From: Anthoceros angustus
Lineage: Eukaryota; Plantae; Anthocerotophyta
NCBI GenBank assembly: GCA_010909165.1
Contig: VJWM01000126.1
Span: 769,703 to 833,702, forward strand
Length of the DNA: 64,000 nucleotides
Reading direction: 5' to 3'
The stretch's first letter is position 1. Each line of letters begins with the position of its first letter. Both the position numbers and the translations under genes were made by a program. Positions 1 to 13,975 of the stretch are shown here, in pieces. Under the pieces are notes generated by a model. That model worked only from the letters and a program-made list of their open reading frames with translations, did no database searches and had not been told where the DNA came from.

Positions 1-1033
1 AATACGCAAATTCCTCACACATCGCTCTTGAAGTCATAGCACTGCACACCGCTAGTGCGAAGGAGCACGTGTACTTAGTTTGGGTCCTACCATTGTGATG
101 CCATGTGGCGGGGTTTATAACGCGAAATTGTTATATGTGCCCATGGCGCACCTTCATTTATTGTACACAGTTAATGGCTGAGTTACGTCCGCTTTGAAAA
201 AAGCTTCAATGTCGTGTGTTTCATTATATAAATTGAGAGAGCCGTGGTTCACTAAAGAGTACTCCAACATGTTTCTAAGAGTACTACCCAAGACAAGTCG
301 CCATACAGGCCATACACTAGGATGCTCCAAGACATGTAACGGCAGCTGTATTTAACAAAGGTCAGTGAAGCCCATGATATATTCACAACATGATTGCAGG
401 AATCTTTCGACTACAAGATTATCCATTTAGAACACTTTATGGCAGAAGGTTGTCACATAGTGCCAATGTTCTGACACACTTCCCCTCCCGGCTTAAGTGC
501 ACAGTCAAAGCCCTGCCGGTACATTAAGCATTGCGGCTAGCCCCCAAAATTAGACAGTATAACATGACAATAAAGTAGAGCCAACATGAGTTTTTTCTTC
601 TCACCAACTATGGGCATTTAGTGCCTAGAGTTGATGTCCGAGACGGACTACATGGTATGGGTGGGGTGTGTAATTCACAGTATCTAGGTTGGCGCTTACG
701 TGTAGGATATCTACGCTTGGGAGCAGGCATAGGCTTAGGAGGGGATGGGGGAGCCTAAGGTGCCTCAGGTAAATCATGTGTACCGGAAAATCGAAGTCAC
801 CTAGTTCCACTAGCTAGTGCTCTGGTATTGCGTCGTGGTCTAATCTCCATGTCCCCCGCTCGAGCAAGAACATGTGGCACAAGTGGTGGCCGCTTCGGAG
901 AAAAAGGGCCAACAACGGGCGGCACTAGACCTGGTAGAGGGATAGGAGCCACAGGAGGAGCAGGAAACGTAAAAGGCTGAATAAGGTGCAAGTGGAGGTT
1001 GATAATAGGGGGGCCTTGGTGGGTGACAGAAGC

Positions 1034-1142
1034 ATAAGGAGACCATTGTATAGGGAGACCAGCCACGTCTTCGTTTAAGACGAACGATAAGGAGACCATT
1101 GTATAGGGGAGACCAGCCACGTCTTCGTTTAAGACGAACGAT
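1034..1142. repeat. Tandem duplication of a 53/54-bp unit (ATAAGGAGACCATTGTATAGGG...TAAGACGAACG) x2
   Basis: Units start at 1034 and 1087 and are identical apart from one G in a homopolymer; each holds a small CGTCTT...AAGACG hairpin. Confidence 0.9.
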
Positions 1143-2638
1143 TGTCAATCACTTGCCTCTCTTGTTTTCACTATTATGGTCTTTTACAATTAGGTTGGGT
1201 TACTATAGCCCGACCTCAATTCTCAGAGGGCACCCTAGTTTCCCTAAGGGGAGACCTGAATTGTGTAACAGATCTCTTTATCAATCAATCAATCAAATCA
1301 AATCAAATTGCAATTGCGAGGACTTTGATAAATTGGTTGAATTGGTTTTTGCATCCAAGCATTTGCATGGCATTTGTGCATCGGTGAGTGCATGTGGAAT
1401 GGCCGTGGTCAACCCACTGACTAATAACCCGCTAATTGTGTGTAACACCCCATCGAAAATGCTCTCGCATTGTGTGAGCAGTTTGTGCTTCGATCGGGAT
1501 CAGAAGAGTCTTTAACACCCACCAATGGAGAAGCCATGTGTCCATCAGTCTCCTCGCTTTTTCTCAGATTTTTTGGGGCAGCGATGCGGATAGGAAAAAT
1601 GAAATAGTGACGTCAATGAATTTTTAGGAAAATAGCCCCAGGATACCCCCGTCCATTCCATTGAATACAATGACTCTCGCGCTTATGAACTTACACTAGG
1701 GAGTCCCACGACGAGAAAAAGAAAATTGTGCAATGATCCTACGCAATATAATCTACATTGCATATGGTAGTGGAGAATGTAGAATCTATGTAATGCAGCC
1801 ATGATCTGGAGTGTCATTGTATGTTATAAACGAGGTAATTTTGGGGTTGATGAGCTTGAAAATGTGACGTTCCTTAACACGATATATACATAATAATTGC
1901 GGATTATTCTCCAAAACAAAATAATTGCGGATGATACACGATGTTCACCCATCGCCCCCACTAAAATTGGCATGGCGAGTCGAACCCGTAGTCAAGACTT
2001 GGGTGACAAATCGCACTCTGCTGGGGGTTGAGCGCAGCACAGATTCTGAATCTGTCACGGCTCGGCTGCCGGTGCCGGACTCGCCTGGATGGTGTGTCGA
2101 TGATGTGAGAGTCGAGAAGACCCGAATTGCAGCGATTTCTGATATTCGGGCTCCAGGCATGCGAGCATCCGGGCCATGCGTCATCCGTGTCCGTCGGGAG
2201 CGGGAGCCGGGGGAGATGGCAAGCTCTGCCTCCTTCTTGCGTGCCAAGCAAGCGAGCAGCAATTCGGACCGTCCCTGATGCGAACCGGGCGCTGAAGGGG
2301 AGTGCCAATTTTCGGGCCACGCAATTTGGAGAGCGGGCGGGAAATTCCGACCCAGATCTGTGCGAGGGATGCAGCAGGGGCAGCTAGGACGGCAGGGGAT
2401 GCAGTCGGGGGAGCTGGATGGTGGCGCAGCGGAGGCCAGGGGGGCAGGGCAGGAGTGAGGCGAGCGCGGGGAGGGTGGGGAGTAGAGTTAGGAATTGGAG
2501 GCAGAGTGGGGCTGCAAGGCGGAAGCGCTGGGGGCGAATCAGTCAGGGGGCCGCCCTGCCGCGGCGCGCAAGGCCTGGAGCTGGTGGGTACTCCACGCGG
2601 ATGTCCGCCCTGCCACCCGCCCCGCCCTTCTGCCAGCC

Positions 2639-5600
2639 ATGGATTTCCACACCCGGCCTTCCAATGCCCCGGATCCCCACGAGTCGGCTGTTCCTGAGGA
2701 ACCGGAGTATCTGGCCCGGTACATGGTTACCAAGCACTCGTGGCGGGGGAAGTATAAGCGGATCCTGTGCATCTCGGGCGCGCAGATCGTGACGCTGGAC
2801 CCGGCCACCTTGATGCCCACCAACACGTATGATGTGGCGACGGATTTCGAGGGTGCGGCCCCCGTGCCCGGCCGGGACGACTCGGCGCAGCAGCAGCAGC
2901 AGCAGGCCCTTGAGTTCACCATCAGTCTTAGGACCGAAGGCCGGGGGAAGTTCAAGGCCATCAGATTCTCGTCCAGGTCGTGTGTTGGGCTAGGTTTTGG
3001 TGATGGGCATTTTGTCGGAGTTGGGGGGATTGTGGGTCTGAGGTAAGGGGGTCTTGTTTTTCCATGGGGTGGATGGCAGGTATCGAGTGGCGATCTTGAC
3101 CGAGCTGCTGAAGTTACGGCTGAGTAGGAGCTCTGGTCCTTCTACTTCCTCTGCTGTGGTTGTTGCTGAATTTCCTGTTCAGCATCTGCAACGGCGTTCT
3201 GCGAATTTGGCTCCTGTTGTAAGTTGGCTCTCGTGCTGAGTTATTGTGGGTGGATCGTGTGGGAGTACGTGGGGTGGGGTCCTTAGAGTTCGTTGCGTTG
3301 GTCTGGTTGTGCAGATTCTTCGGGTGACTGCTGTGGGAGTGGAGGTCAGGCAGTCGAAACAGTCTGATCTTCATTGGTGCCTTGATTTTCGAGATATGGA
3401 TGCACCTGGCATTATCATGCTTTCAGATCCCTCTGGCAGGAAGGGTTCAGAAGGAGGGGGCTTTGTGCTCTGTCCTCTGTTTGGGCGGAAAGGCAAAGCT
3501 TTCATCGCCACTCCTGGGGGTTCGAATGCCAACATTGTGTCCAGACTGGTAGGTTGTGCTTGGCTCAGTTATACATTTTCCTTTGTGGAGCACAAGTGTT
3601 GATGATTTGACATGTTCTCTTGTTGCCGCAAGGACCCGATTGCCTGTTAACGGTGCCATGTGATACTGTCAGACACACATGGCCAGAGCCTATGTAGGAG
3701 TCACCATCAGTGTTGACAATTCACAAGCAATAGGCGCTTCGGAGTTTCTCAAGCGCAGGGGTCAGTACATGTTCGGCTCGTTTCATGTGGAGCTGCTACC
3801 GGTGTTGGTCAATATCCTCAGTTGAGGAGGGGGAATGGCTGTTGTAACCCAACACTCTATGTGTTTGTTGTGTCACAGCTGTGGCAGGTGTTGGTGCGGA
3901 GGAAACACCGGTTGGCGAGTGGTCAGTGACAAGGTTGCGGACAGCTGGGCATGGGACTGCATCTCATGTGGGGTTGTCATTAGGGCTGGTGGGGCCTGGT
4001 GGTGGGCTAGGTGAGAAAGGTGACACGGTCCTTAGACAGCTGGTTCTAACAAGGAGCTCATTGGTGGAAAGACGACCAGACAATTATGAGGTGAGTTAAA
4101 GAGTGAACTCTATATCAGTCTTTCTTTTGCCTTGAAGTTTGCTGGGCTGCTACAAAATGCTGCGGATTTTAATATGCATTGGCTCTGGCACCTGTCTATT
4201 TGCAACTGTGGTTAGAACCTTCCAATCAAATAGACAAGGTTTTGTAAAAGGCTTTGTTGGCTATGAATATTGATGCGCACTATTGCATCTTAACAGGGCG
4301 CTTTTATTTCTGCAACTGCAGGCGGTAATTGTCCGGCCATTGTTTGCTGTGGCTGGCTTGGTTCGGTTTGGTGAGGAGCCACAGATGTTTGCTGTCGAAT
4401 TCAATGATGGCTGTCCTATGCATGTAAGATCCCTGAATGTGATGCTTGAGCACCAATTGGATCAGTTTACAGCACAAGACCCTGGTGCCATTTTGACTTA
4501 AGCTGTCAGTTGTGTTATGCAGGTGTACACCAGTACTGCACGTGACAGTCTCCTGGCAGCTGTTCGAGATACAGTGCAGTCAGAGGTACTAGAATTTATT
4601 ATCTTGATAAGTCAATTCATCTCTTTCTCTGTGCTTTCTGGATGCACATTGTTTTGCTGCTACATGGTCTGCATCTGTGCAACTGGATGTGTTTTTGTAT
4701 CAAATTGCAGGGTCAGCGTCCTATACCTGTGCTGCCTAGGGTGACCTTCCCAGGTCATAGGCTAGATCCTCCATGTGGGAGAATCTCTCCAGCACCTACC
4801 CCAGTAGCCCATACGGGCCCACATCGGCTCTTTGCAGACGTGGAAGGTGAAGCTTTACATTTGAAACACCTCGCATTGGCTGCAAAAGATGCAGTTGCTG
4901 AGAATGGATCTGTTCCTGGTTCAAAAGCAAAGCTCTGGCGCAGGGTTCGGGAGTTCAATGCCTGTGTTCCATACAGTGGTGTTCAATCCACAGCAGACGT
5001 GCCTGATGTAACCTTGCTGGCTTTGCTCTCCATGCTACCAGCTCCCCCCAACCTACCACCAGAAGCACCTCCTCCTCCTCCTCCATCCCCCAAGGCTGCT
5101 GCAACTGTTGCAGGGCTAGTTTCTTGCCTGAGGCGTTTGTTGGGCTCACATTCTGCTGCTTGCTTCGTGGTTGCCATGCCGGTTGCCGTGCTGAGGATCA
5201 TAGGATTGGTCAGGAATGGGTCAGAGGGTGTGAGTGCAGAGGCTGCGAGTCTGCTGGCAATGCTTATTGGTGGTGGTCCGGGGGAGAGCAATATGTCCCT
5301 GAATTCCAAGGGGGAAAGACATGCTGCCATCATGCAGGCAAAGTCTGCTATGCTGGGGCATCAGTCACATATCACCGTGCTTGTCAATAGGCTGGTACCC
5401 ATGACGGTTTCGCCTCTGCTTTCTATGGCTGTGGTTGAAGTTCTCGAGGCAATGCTCTGTGAACCTCAAAGTGAGACCACAGATTATTCAACATTTGTAG
5501 AGATGCTGAGACAAGTTGCAGGTTTGAAAAGACGGTTATTTGCTCTGTTTGCTCACCCTGCAGAAAGTGTCAGGGAGACAGTTGCAGTGGTCATGCGTAC

Positions 5601-8600
5601 TATTGCAGAGGAGGATGCTATTGCAGCAGAGTCCATGCGAGATGCTGCACTACGGGATGGTGCCCTGCTACGGCATCTGGTTCATGCATTCTTCCTAGGT
5701 CCGGGTGAACGGCGGGATGTAAGCCGGCAGCTTGTTGCTTTGTGGGCAGATGCTCATCAGCCTGCACTGGATCTTCTTTCAAGGGTCTTGCCACCTGGAC
5801 TGGTTGCATATCTTCACACTCGTGCTTCTGAGGAGGACGAGGATGAAACCCTGGTGCAGGCATCGTCAGGCACTTTTGCTGCCCGGCGAAAGCAGAGACG
5901 CATCTTACAAAGGCGACGTGGACGTGGGTTTAGACTGAAGACCCAATCTACTGGAAGTACGGAGAGCCCGTCTGATCAAATCACAGCTGCTGCAAATGGC
6001 AATGCACAAGCAGGACACCTCACCCAGCCTATTGCCACAGTTCCTGCGTCTTTTAGCGCTCCCAATTCCCAGGAAAACGTTTCAATGACAGATAGTGCAC
6101 CAAGCTCAGCCCCCAACCAGTTTTTTAATGTGCCAATTGCACCTGGGGACACTGAAATACCCGGCAATTCTGCACTTCAACCAATATTTCCTGCCCCTGC
6201 ACAGGTCATAGCCGAGAATGTGGCAGTGGGGCTTGGGCGGCTTATTTGTAATTGGCCAGAATTTTGGCGAGCGTTCGCTCTGGATCATAGTCGTGCTGAT
6301 TTAATCTGGAATGAGAGGACACGACAAGAACTTCGAGAAGCCCTACAAGCTGAGGTACATCATCTGGATGTGGAGAAGGAGCGGACAGCAGATGTCCGAA
6401 TACTAGGTGAGGATGGAGAGAGTGAAGAAACATCCAATCAGCTTTCCTGGAACTATGCTGAATATGCTGTACGATATCCAAGTCTTTCCAAAGAAGTCTG
6501 TGTGGGAGAGTATTATCTTAGACTCCTCCTTGATGGTGGGGGGAGTACATCCAGTCGAGCTCAGGATTTCCCGCTAAGAGACCCTGTTCTATTTTTTAGG
6601 GCATTGTATCATCGCTTCTTGTGCGATGCAGACATTGGTCTCACTGTTGAAGGCGCGGATGGTGAAGACTTAGGAGCCTCTGGAGACTGGTGTGACATGG
6701 GAGGGCTAGATGGTTTTGGTGGTGGTGGTGGATCTTCTGTGAGAGAGCTTTGTGCTAGAGCAATGGCGATTGTGTATATGCAGCACTATCAGGCCATTGG
6801 GGCATTTGATGGAACTGCACATATTACTGTACTCATAGATCGCACCAATGACAGGGCACTACGGCACAGATTATTGCTTCTTTTAAAGGTATGTTGCTAG
6901 TACCTCCCTGATTCTCTTGAACAAAACTGTGGATCTATTTGCTAGAAACGTTATGGCCTCTTGACTTATTGCTAATATTGTGTTGACTCATGCAGGTGCT
7001 CATGCTTGTTCCTGCCAATGCTGAGTCTTGTGTGGCAGTTGGTGGCTGCTCTTTAGCAGTAGATCTTCTCACAACCGCCCACGAAGCTTCAGAGCGAACA
7101 GTGGTGCCTTTGCAATCAAACATGATCGCGGCCTCTGCATTTGTTGAACCCCAAAAGGAGTGGTTTTATGTCAACAAGGACGGGGATGAAGTTGGACCTT
7201 TGGAGAAAGATGCAATGAGGCGAGCTTGGTCCAAACACGAGATTGATTGGAATTCTAAATGTAGGGCGGCAGGCGTGACCGATTGGAAAAGACTGAGGGA
7301 TATTCGAGAACTGCGGTGGGCTCTGGCAACAAGAGTAGCTGTTTTGACACCTGTCCAGGTATTCATTGGGTTGGTTAGTTGTTGAGTAACTGATTCAGAT
7401 CAACAGTTTCCGCATGCGCTGAACAGGTAGTATCTTCACTATCTTGTAGGTCGGAGAGGTTGCTTTGTCTATTTTGCACAGCATGGTGGCTGTTCACTCG
7501 GATCTGGATGATGCTGGGGAGCTTGTGACACCAACTCCAAAAGTCAAGCGCATTCTTTCCAGCTCAAGCTGCCTCCCTCACGTGGCTCAGGTATGGACCC
7601 CTCTATCAGTCTTGTCAATGTGCGGACGCTTGACTTTATGGGTTGTTATCTTGAGTACTGAGAACTAGTGTTGGCAGGCGGTTTTAACAGGAGAACCTGC
7701 CATTGTTGAAGGCGCCTCTTCATTGTTGAAAGCAATAGTTACACGTAACCCGAAAGGGATGGCAAGGCTATACAGCACTGGTGTTTTCTATTTTGCCTTA
7801 GCATATGGTGGTTCAAACCTTGCTTCTGTTGCAAGTCTCTTTGCTGCTACTCATGCACGCCAAGCATTTCATGGTGGTGCTGAAGCTGCTGTGTCTTCTT
7901 CTCTTCCCCTGGCAAAACGAAGTGTACTTGGGGGCCTTTTGCCTGAATCACTTCTCTATGTATTGGAAAGGGGTGGGTCTGCTGCTTTTGCAACTGCCAT
8001 GATAGCTGATTCAGACACTCCAGAGATTGTTTGGACACACAAGATGCGAGGCGATCGATTGATAGATCAGGTACATGCTGTGGATGCTTTCAAGTGGTAC
8101 AATCTGAGGTTCCCAGTTCGTGCTGCTCATACTCTGGTGATGTCATTTGGTTGTTCTAGGTGCTGAAGCACCTGGGAGATTTTCCTCAAAAGCTTGCACA
8201 ACACTGTCACAGCTTGTATGACTATGCACCAATGCCCCCCGTGACTTACCCAGAGCTTCAAGATGAGATGTGGTGCCACCGGTACTATCTTCGAAATTTA
8301 TGTGACGAGATTAGGTTTCCTGATTGGCCAATTGTGGAGCATGTTGAGTTTCTCCAGTCTCTACTTGCTATGTGGCGTGAGGAGTTAACAAGGAGGCCCC
8401 TAGACCTATCGGAAGAAGATGCATGCTCCATACTGGAAATCTCCCTGGACGAAGGTCCGCCTCAGGGTGAAGCCATGGTTCTGAATGGCAAAGGCCAAGC
8501 AGAAGGTGAGGAGGAGGTTAGAGTAGTGAGCAAAATATTTGGGCGTGTTGATGAAGAGGTCCTCAAGAGACAGTACCGGAAGCTGGCTATGAAATATCAT

Positions 8601-11600
8601 CCAGACAAGAATCCAGAAGGACGAGAAAAGTTTGTGGCCGTCCAAAAGGCTTATGAGCGTCTTCAGGTATCCATGGAACCTGAGCTTTGCTGGTGTTGCT
8701 ATGGGGAATGAATTTGTACCCTCAATCTGTATGAAGAAAGATGTATGTTCGCCTCCAATTGACAGCACTATTACATTGCTTCATCCCCATTGTTCATCCT
8801 TGTCTTGTGCTGAGTTGGGACACCTGCATGCAGGCAACTCTTCAAGGTCTGCAAGGTCCTCAGCCCTGGAGATTGCAGCTGTTGCTTAAAGGCCAGTGCA
8901 TCCTTTTCCGACGATATGGGGCTGTTCTTGAGCCTTTCAAGTATGCTGGCTACCCGATGTTGCTGAATGCAATCACTGTTGACCCTGAAGATAACAACTT
9001 TCTCTCCCCCGAACGTGCACCACTTCTGGAGGCAGCCTCAGAGCTCATATGGCAAACGTAAGTTTTTGATAGCAGAAGGGGAAGAACGTTTTTGTAACCA
9101 TCGTATTCCATCTTTCTTGTACCTGCATCTTTTGCTTGGATTGCCAGTTAACATGTATTTTCAAAGCAGGTGTGTCTCATCTGCTCTCAATGGTGAAGAA
9201 CTCGTAAGAGATGGAGGGGTTTCATTGCTGGCAACACTGTTGTCCCGTTGTATGTATGTTGTACAACGTGGTACACCGGCAAGTGATCCTGCAGCAGTGA
9301 TCGTCACAAATGTAATGCGCACATTTGCAGGGTTAAGCACTTTCGAAAGTGCTAGGAAGGAGATGCTTAAGTGCCCTGGGTTTGTTGTCGATGTTGTTCA
9401 CTGTTCGGAGCTTGAGCTTGCAACAGTAGCAGTGGATGCTGCCCTGCAGACAATTGGCCAGCTTGCTGCGTCGCCTGAATTGCAAGGCTGGTTGCTTCGG
9501 GCAGGTGTTATGTGGTATGTGTAACTGATCTTCCTGAGCAATGTAGTTATATAGTTACAGTTGCTGAGCAATATGTGTTGCCGCTGAGGGATCCTGGTTC
9601 CATTTCATCTTGGGGCTTGTTTGCGTTTCAGGTACCTTCTGCCTTTGCTCTTACAGTATGACGCTACAGCAGAAAGCGCGGAAACAACAAACCAGCCTGG
9701 CATGGGAAACAACGTTCAAAGTGCCAAAAATATGCATGCAATGTTGTCAGTTCGGGCTCTGGCAAGACTTGGTGGGTTCCTGAGTGGTGAGCTAGCTACG
9801 CCACAAAATCCAGTGGCTGCTACTGCACTAAAATCTCTTCTAACTCCCAAGCTAGCAGACATGCTTGGTGATAAGTCTCCCAGGGAGCTACTTCGAAATC
9901 TGAACTCAAATTTGGAGTCACCCCAGGTAAGGGTGCAATATATTAGCGTCTAAGATCATAACCAATGTGGTAGGGCCGTGATTGTAATGAGCTCATTTCT
10001 TCTTCTTCTTCTTTTATCATATTGGCAGGTTATCTGGAATTCTGCCACCCGTGGTGAACTCCTTAAGTTTGTGGATCAGCAACGTGTGTCACAGCTAGCA
10101 GATGGGTCTTACGATATGGATCTTGCACAGCAATTTAAGTACAAGACCCTATCAGATGAATTGCATGTGGGGGATGTTTATTTGCGTGTGTACAACGAGC
10201 AGCCAGATTTTGAAATAAGCCACCCTGACATCTTCTGTGATGCCCTACTGGACTTTATAAGTGAGATTGTAGAAGAGAGGAAAAAACGACTCAGTTCAGA
10301 GGGTAGTGAACACGGGGCAGAAGCAGGAGAAGAAGCTTCAGAGTCACCTGCAGGTGGCCCAGTTACTGATAGCTTAGGCCAAGAAATCTTAGCGTCTGAG
10401 GAGAACCTTACTGGCAGTCCTGTTAATGTCTCTGATGATCAAGCTACAGGCCTGGACCTGGAGGCAGAGATCCTTGTGAAGCACCTTGTGATGGCTTTGA
10501 CATCACTCCTGGTTCGTATCTCTTCTCTGTGTGTGTGTTTTTCGCTTTTATGACTGGCAAATACTTCATGCTAATGTGAACATGTGGTCTGCAGAATATC
10601 CTCACTGCCTACCCTGATCTTTCATCCACCTTTTCATCCAAGCACCAAATTGCTCCACTTCTAGGTTGCCTGGTTGATACTGGCGCAGCAAGTGGTGATG
10701 TACCTCAGTTGTGCTTGAACGTCCTATCCCGACTCACCACACATGCCCCATGTGTGGAGGCCATGGTTGCTGACAGGTCGGGTCTGCTTCTGCTCTTGCA
10801 ACTGCTTCATTGTGCCCCAACGTGCAGGCTTGGAGCATTGCGACTCTTGTATGCTCTGGCAAGTACATCAGAGCTGGCTTGGTCAGCAGCCAAGCATGGT
10901 GGGGTTGTGTACATTCTCCAACTTCTTCTGCCCGCACAAGGTCTGGTTTGTTTTGCTTTACTTCGCTAGCTGGAGTTTGTATGCTTTGGTCTTGTTACAA
11001 GTCAGTGAAAGGCTTCCCGTTCTTATGCTTGCTTCATCATCTCGTGCAGAGGAAGTTCCCCTGCAACAAAGGGCTGCAGCTGCTTCACTGCTGGGGAAAC
11101 TGGTAGGACAGCCAATGCATGGACCACGTGTGGCCATCACGGTGGCCAGGTTCCTACCAGACGGACTTGTCTCTGCTATACGAGACGGTCCCGGGGAGGC
11201 AGTTGTTACAGCCCTTGAGTTAAGTACAGAGACACCTGAGCTTGTGTGGAGTCCAGCTATGGCAGCTTCTCTAGGGGCGCAATTGGCCACAATGGCTGCC
11301 GATTTGTACCGTGAACAAACAAAAGGGCGTGTGGTGGAATGGGACCTCCCAGAACACACGTCAGGGCAACAGGATATGCGTGATGAACCTCAGGTGAATT
11401 GGTGCCTGCTTTATGCACAAGACGACTGGGCAACTTTTGTTAGTTTCTAGCTTAGCCTCCTTCCGCCAATAGTGTTCACTAGCTAAGTATTTTTCTCCTA
11501 GTATATCTGTCCTAACATTGGCTGTTGCTGCTACATTGTCCTGGTGCAGGTGGGTGGTGTATACGTTCGCCTCTTCCTCAAAGATCCAAAGTTCCCACTC

Positions 11601-12946
11601 AGAAACCCTAAACGGTTTCTTGAAGGTCTTCTGGATCAATATGTTGCTGCAGCTGCTGCTACTCATGCCAAAGGAGCACAAGCCGCAGATCCGAAGTTGC
11701 CATTGCTTCTCTCAGCCGCACTCGTGTCTCTTTTAAGGGTGCAACCCATGCTGGCAGACCATGTTGGGCATTTAGGCTATGTTCCTAAGCTGGTATCGGC
11801 AATGGCAAATGAGGGCCGCATTGAAAGCTTAGCCCCTGGGGATGTGGCTCTGAAACCATCTAGTCCTACTGAGGGTCTGTGGGAACTTGAGGATGGAGAT
11901 GGTAGTGGAGGTGGCCAGACACCGCAGGAACAGGTACGGCATAGTTGCTTACGTGTTCTGCATCAACTTGCAGCCAGTACCCCCTGCGCTGAAGCCATGG
12001 CAACACCGGGCATGGGCACACCACAGGTGAAAATCTTGAAGCGTTTTTCCTACAATCTTCTAGACGACTGAATAGCATGACTGACCAATACCAGGACTGA
12101 CTTCTTCCCCTTCCACCTTTGGCTGCAGGTGGTGCCCTTACTCATGAAAGCCATAGGTTGGCACAGGGGAAGTGTGCTGGCATTAGAGACTCTGAAGCGT
12201 GTGGTAGTCGCCGGAAATCGAGCTCGTGATTCATTAGTGGCACAGGGCCTGAAGTAAGGCCTAGAAAAAGCTTGTTGAGCTCTTCAACATGCAACTCTCT
12301 GGGGTACTAACGGTGAGAAAACCCCTGCAACTGCAGGGTCGGCCTGGTACAAGTTCTTCTGGGGTTACTTGACTGGAGAGCCGGGGGCAAGAACGGGTTA
12401 TGTGCCCAGATGAAGTGGAATGAATCAGAAGCAGCAATTGGTCGAGTACTGGCTGTGGAGGTACAAACTTTGAACTCACCTGTGATGTCTATTCAGACAT
12501 CATCGATTCCAGCTGTTACTATTCCCTAAACCGTCTATCCACTTCAAGTGTCGACTGATCTTTATTTTTGTGAAGGTGCTACTTGCCTTCGCTGGAGAAG
12601 GCACACATTCTGCTAGAGTCCAGGACATCTTGAACTCATCAGACGTAAGCACCCGATCCTTCTTTCAGAACAGTCAGGATGTTCTTTCGACTCTATCCGT
12701 CTATATGTGTGAACAATCTCAAAGTGAATGCCAATTGTTCTGCAGGTTTGGGTGGCGTACAAAGATCAGAAACACGATCTCTTTTTGCCGTCCAACGCAC
12801 AATCTGCTGCAGCGGGAGTTGCAGGCCTTATAGAAGATTCAGCGGGAGTGACATACGCACTTCCTGCGCCGTCTGCTCGGTCAGCTCTAGTGAGAGTTTC
12901 CATGGCCAGTAGCTCAACGGAGGACCCCCGGCATGTTGATGAGTAA
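2639..12946 (+). CDS. GRV2: GRV2/KAM2 (RME-8/DNAJC13 orthologue), multi-exon endosomal DnaJ protein
   Basis: N-terminus EEPEYLARYMVTKHSWRGKYKRILCIS; repeated IWN-type motifs (DLIWNERTR, IVWTHKMR, VIWNSATR); GYF-like EWFYVNKDGDEVGP; J-domain LKRQYRKLAMKYHPDKNPEG (about 8560-8620); C-terminal VWVAYKDQKHDLFLP; about 20 short GT-AG introns; ATG 2639, TAA 12946. Confidence 0.95.
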
Positions 12947-13975
12947 CTGCAGCTAATTCTCCATCATCAAAATACGAAGATCAAGTCCAAGAGAGAGCCG
13001 AAAGTGAGGCAGTCTCCAATCGCACAGGAGACTCCCGTCTTCTTCAAAACATTCAGCTCTCCCCGCCTGGCTCTCGGCGTTTACAGGTCTTTGGGCGGCT
13101 GGAAGGCCTCACAACAGGAGCATGACTGGTGCTTTCCCTGAATGCATTACCTTGTGGTAATGAGTTTGTTAACACCTCTTCTGGATGTGATGCAGAGTGT
13201 TGTGGCTTTAAGTTTGCTGCTAGCATATTTGCGTTGTAGCTGTAGCTGGCCAGCTATGGTGACGAAGATGTCCCTAAACTCTAAACCCTAGTTTCTGCTG
13301 CCGGGCAAGACGGATTTCCCATGTTGCATTCCGGATATTGTACAATGCCTTCTTCCAACTTTCCTCCAGTTATTTTTGCTGGGTGTTGTCAACTCTGTAC
13401 ACCTAGGTACTGACACAGTGACTCTGCTCAGTGCACGCATATATTTTACATGGGTTTACCGGCCTCGTGTCATTGAAGTGGGTAATGCGCTTTCGATAAA
13501 AATTCCACGTGCGGGTTTCGTCGGTGGCTATCACCGGAAGAGCTCTGTACGCGTACAGCACCTCCTCACAGCTCGGTCTCCGATCTTCGATCTCCTCCTG
13601 TCGTCACCTGCAGTCCTTCACCGCGCTGCCCTTGTGCTGAGCTGAGCCACTGTCCGGCTGCACAGTATCTCGTCACGAGCCCCTTGGACGGAGCTGCGCA
13701 AGTGCCGCATTATTGGTTGCTTCACGCTCAGCTCCACAAGCGTCTGCGGATTCCGCCTTGTCCTTCGCATTCTGGTGTGCTGTTGTGGTGGCCTTCGGTG
13801 AATGTGACTAGCCGATGGAGATGGCGGCGTAGTGCATGGACTTGAGTATTGTTGTTGTTGCGCGCGTACTGAGCTGGCGTAGCCACTATTAGCGACAAGG
13901 GAAGCCAAAACGGCGTGGAAACGGGAGAATCTGCGGGTCAATCTTTCCTCTGCTCGGTCTATCGAGGAGACAGGC

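Noticed and set aside
440-1270. Possible LTR/PPT remnant (CTGACACACTTCCCCTCCC) and TG...CA segment 1142-1270
   Set aside because: No partner LTR, TSD or retroelement protein motif within the window.
1925-2638. ORFs upstream of GRV2 and antisense ORFs within GRV2, Kir and MBD
   Set aside because: 5' UTR/promoter or shadow frames with no recognisable domains.
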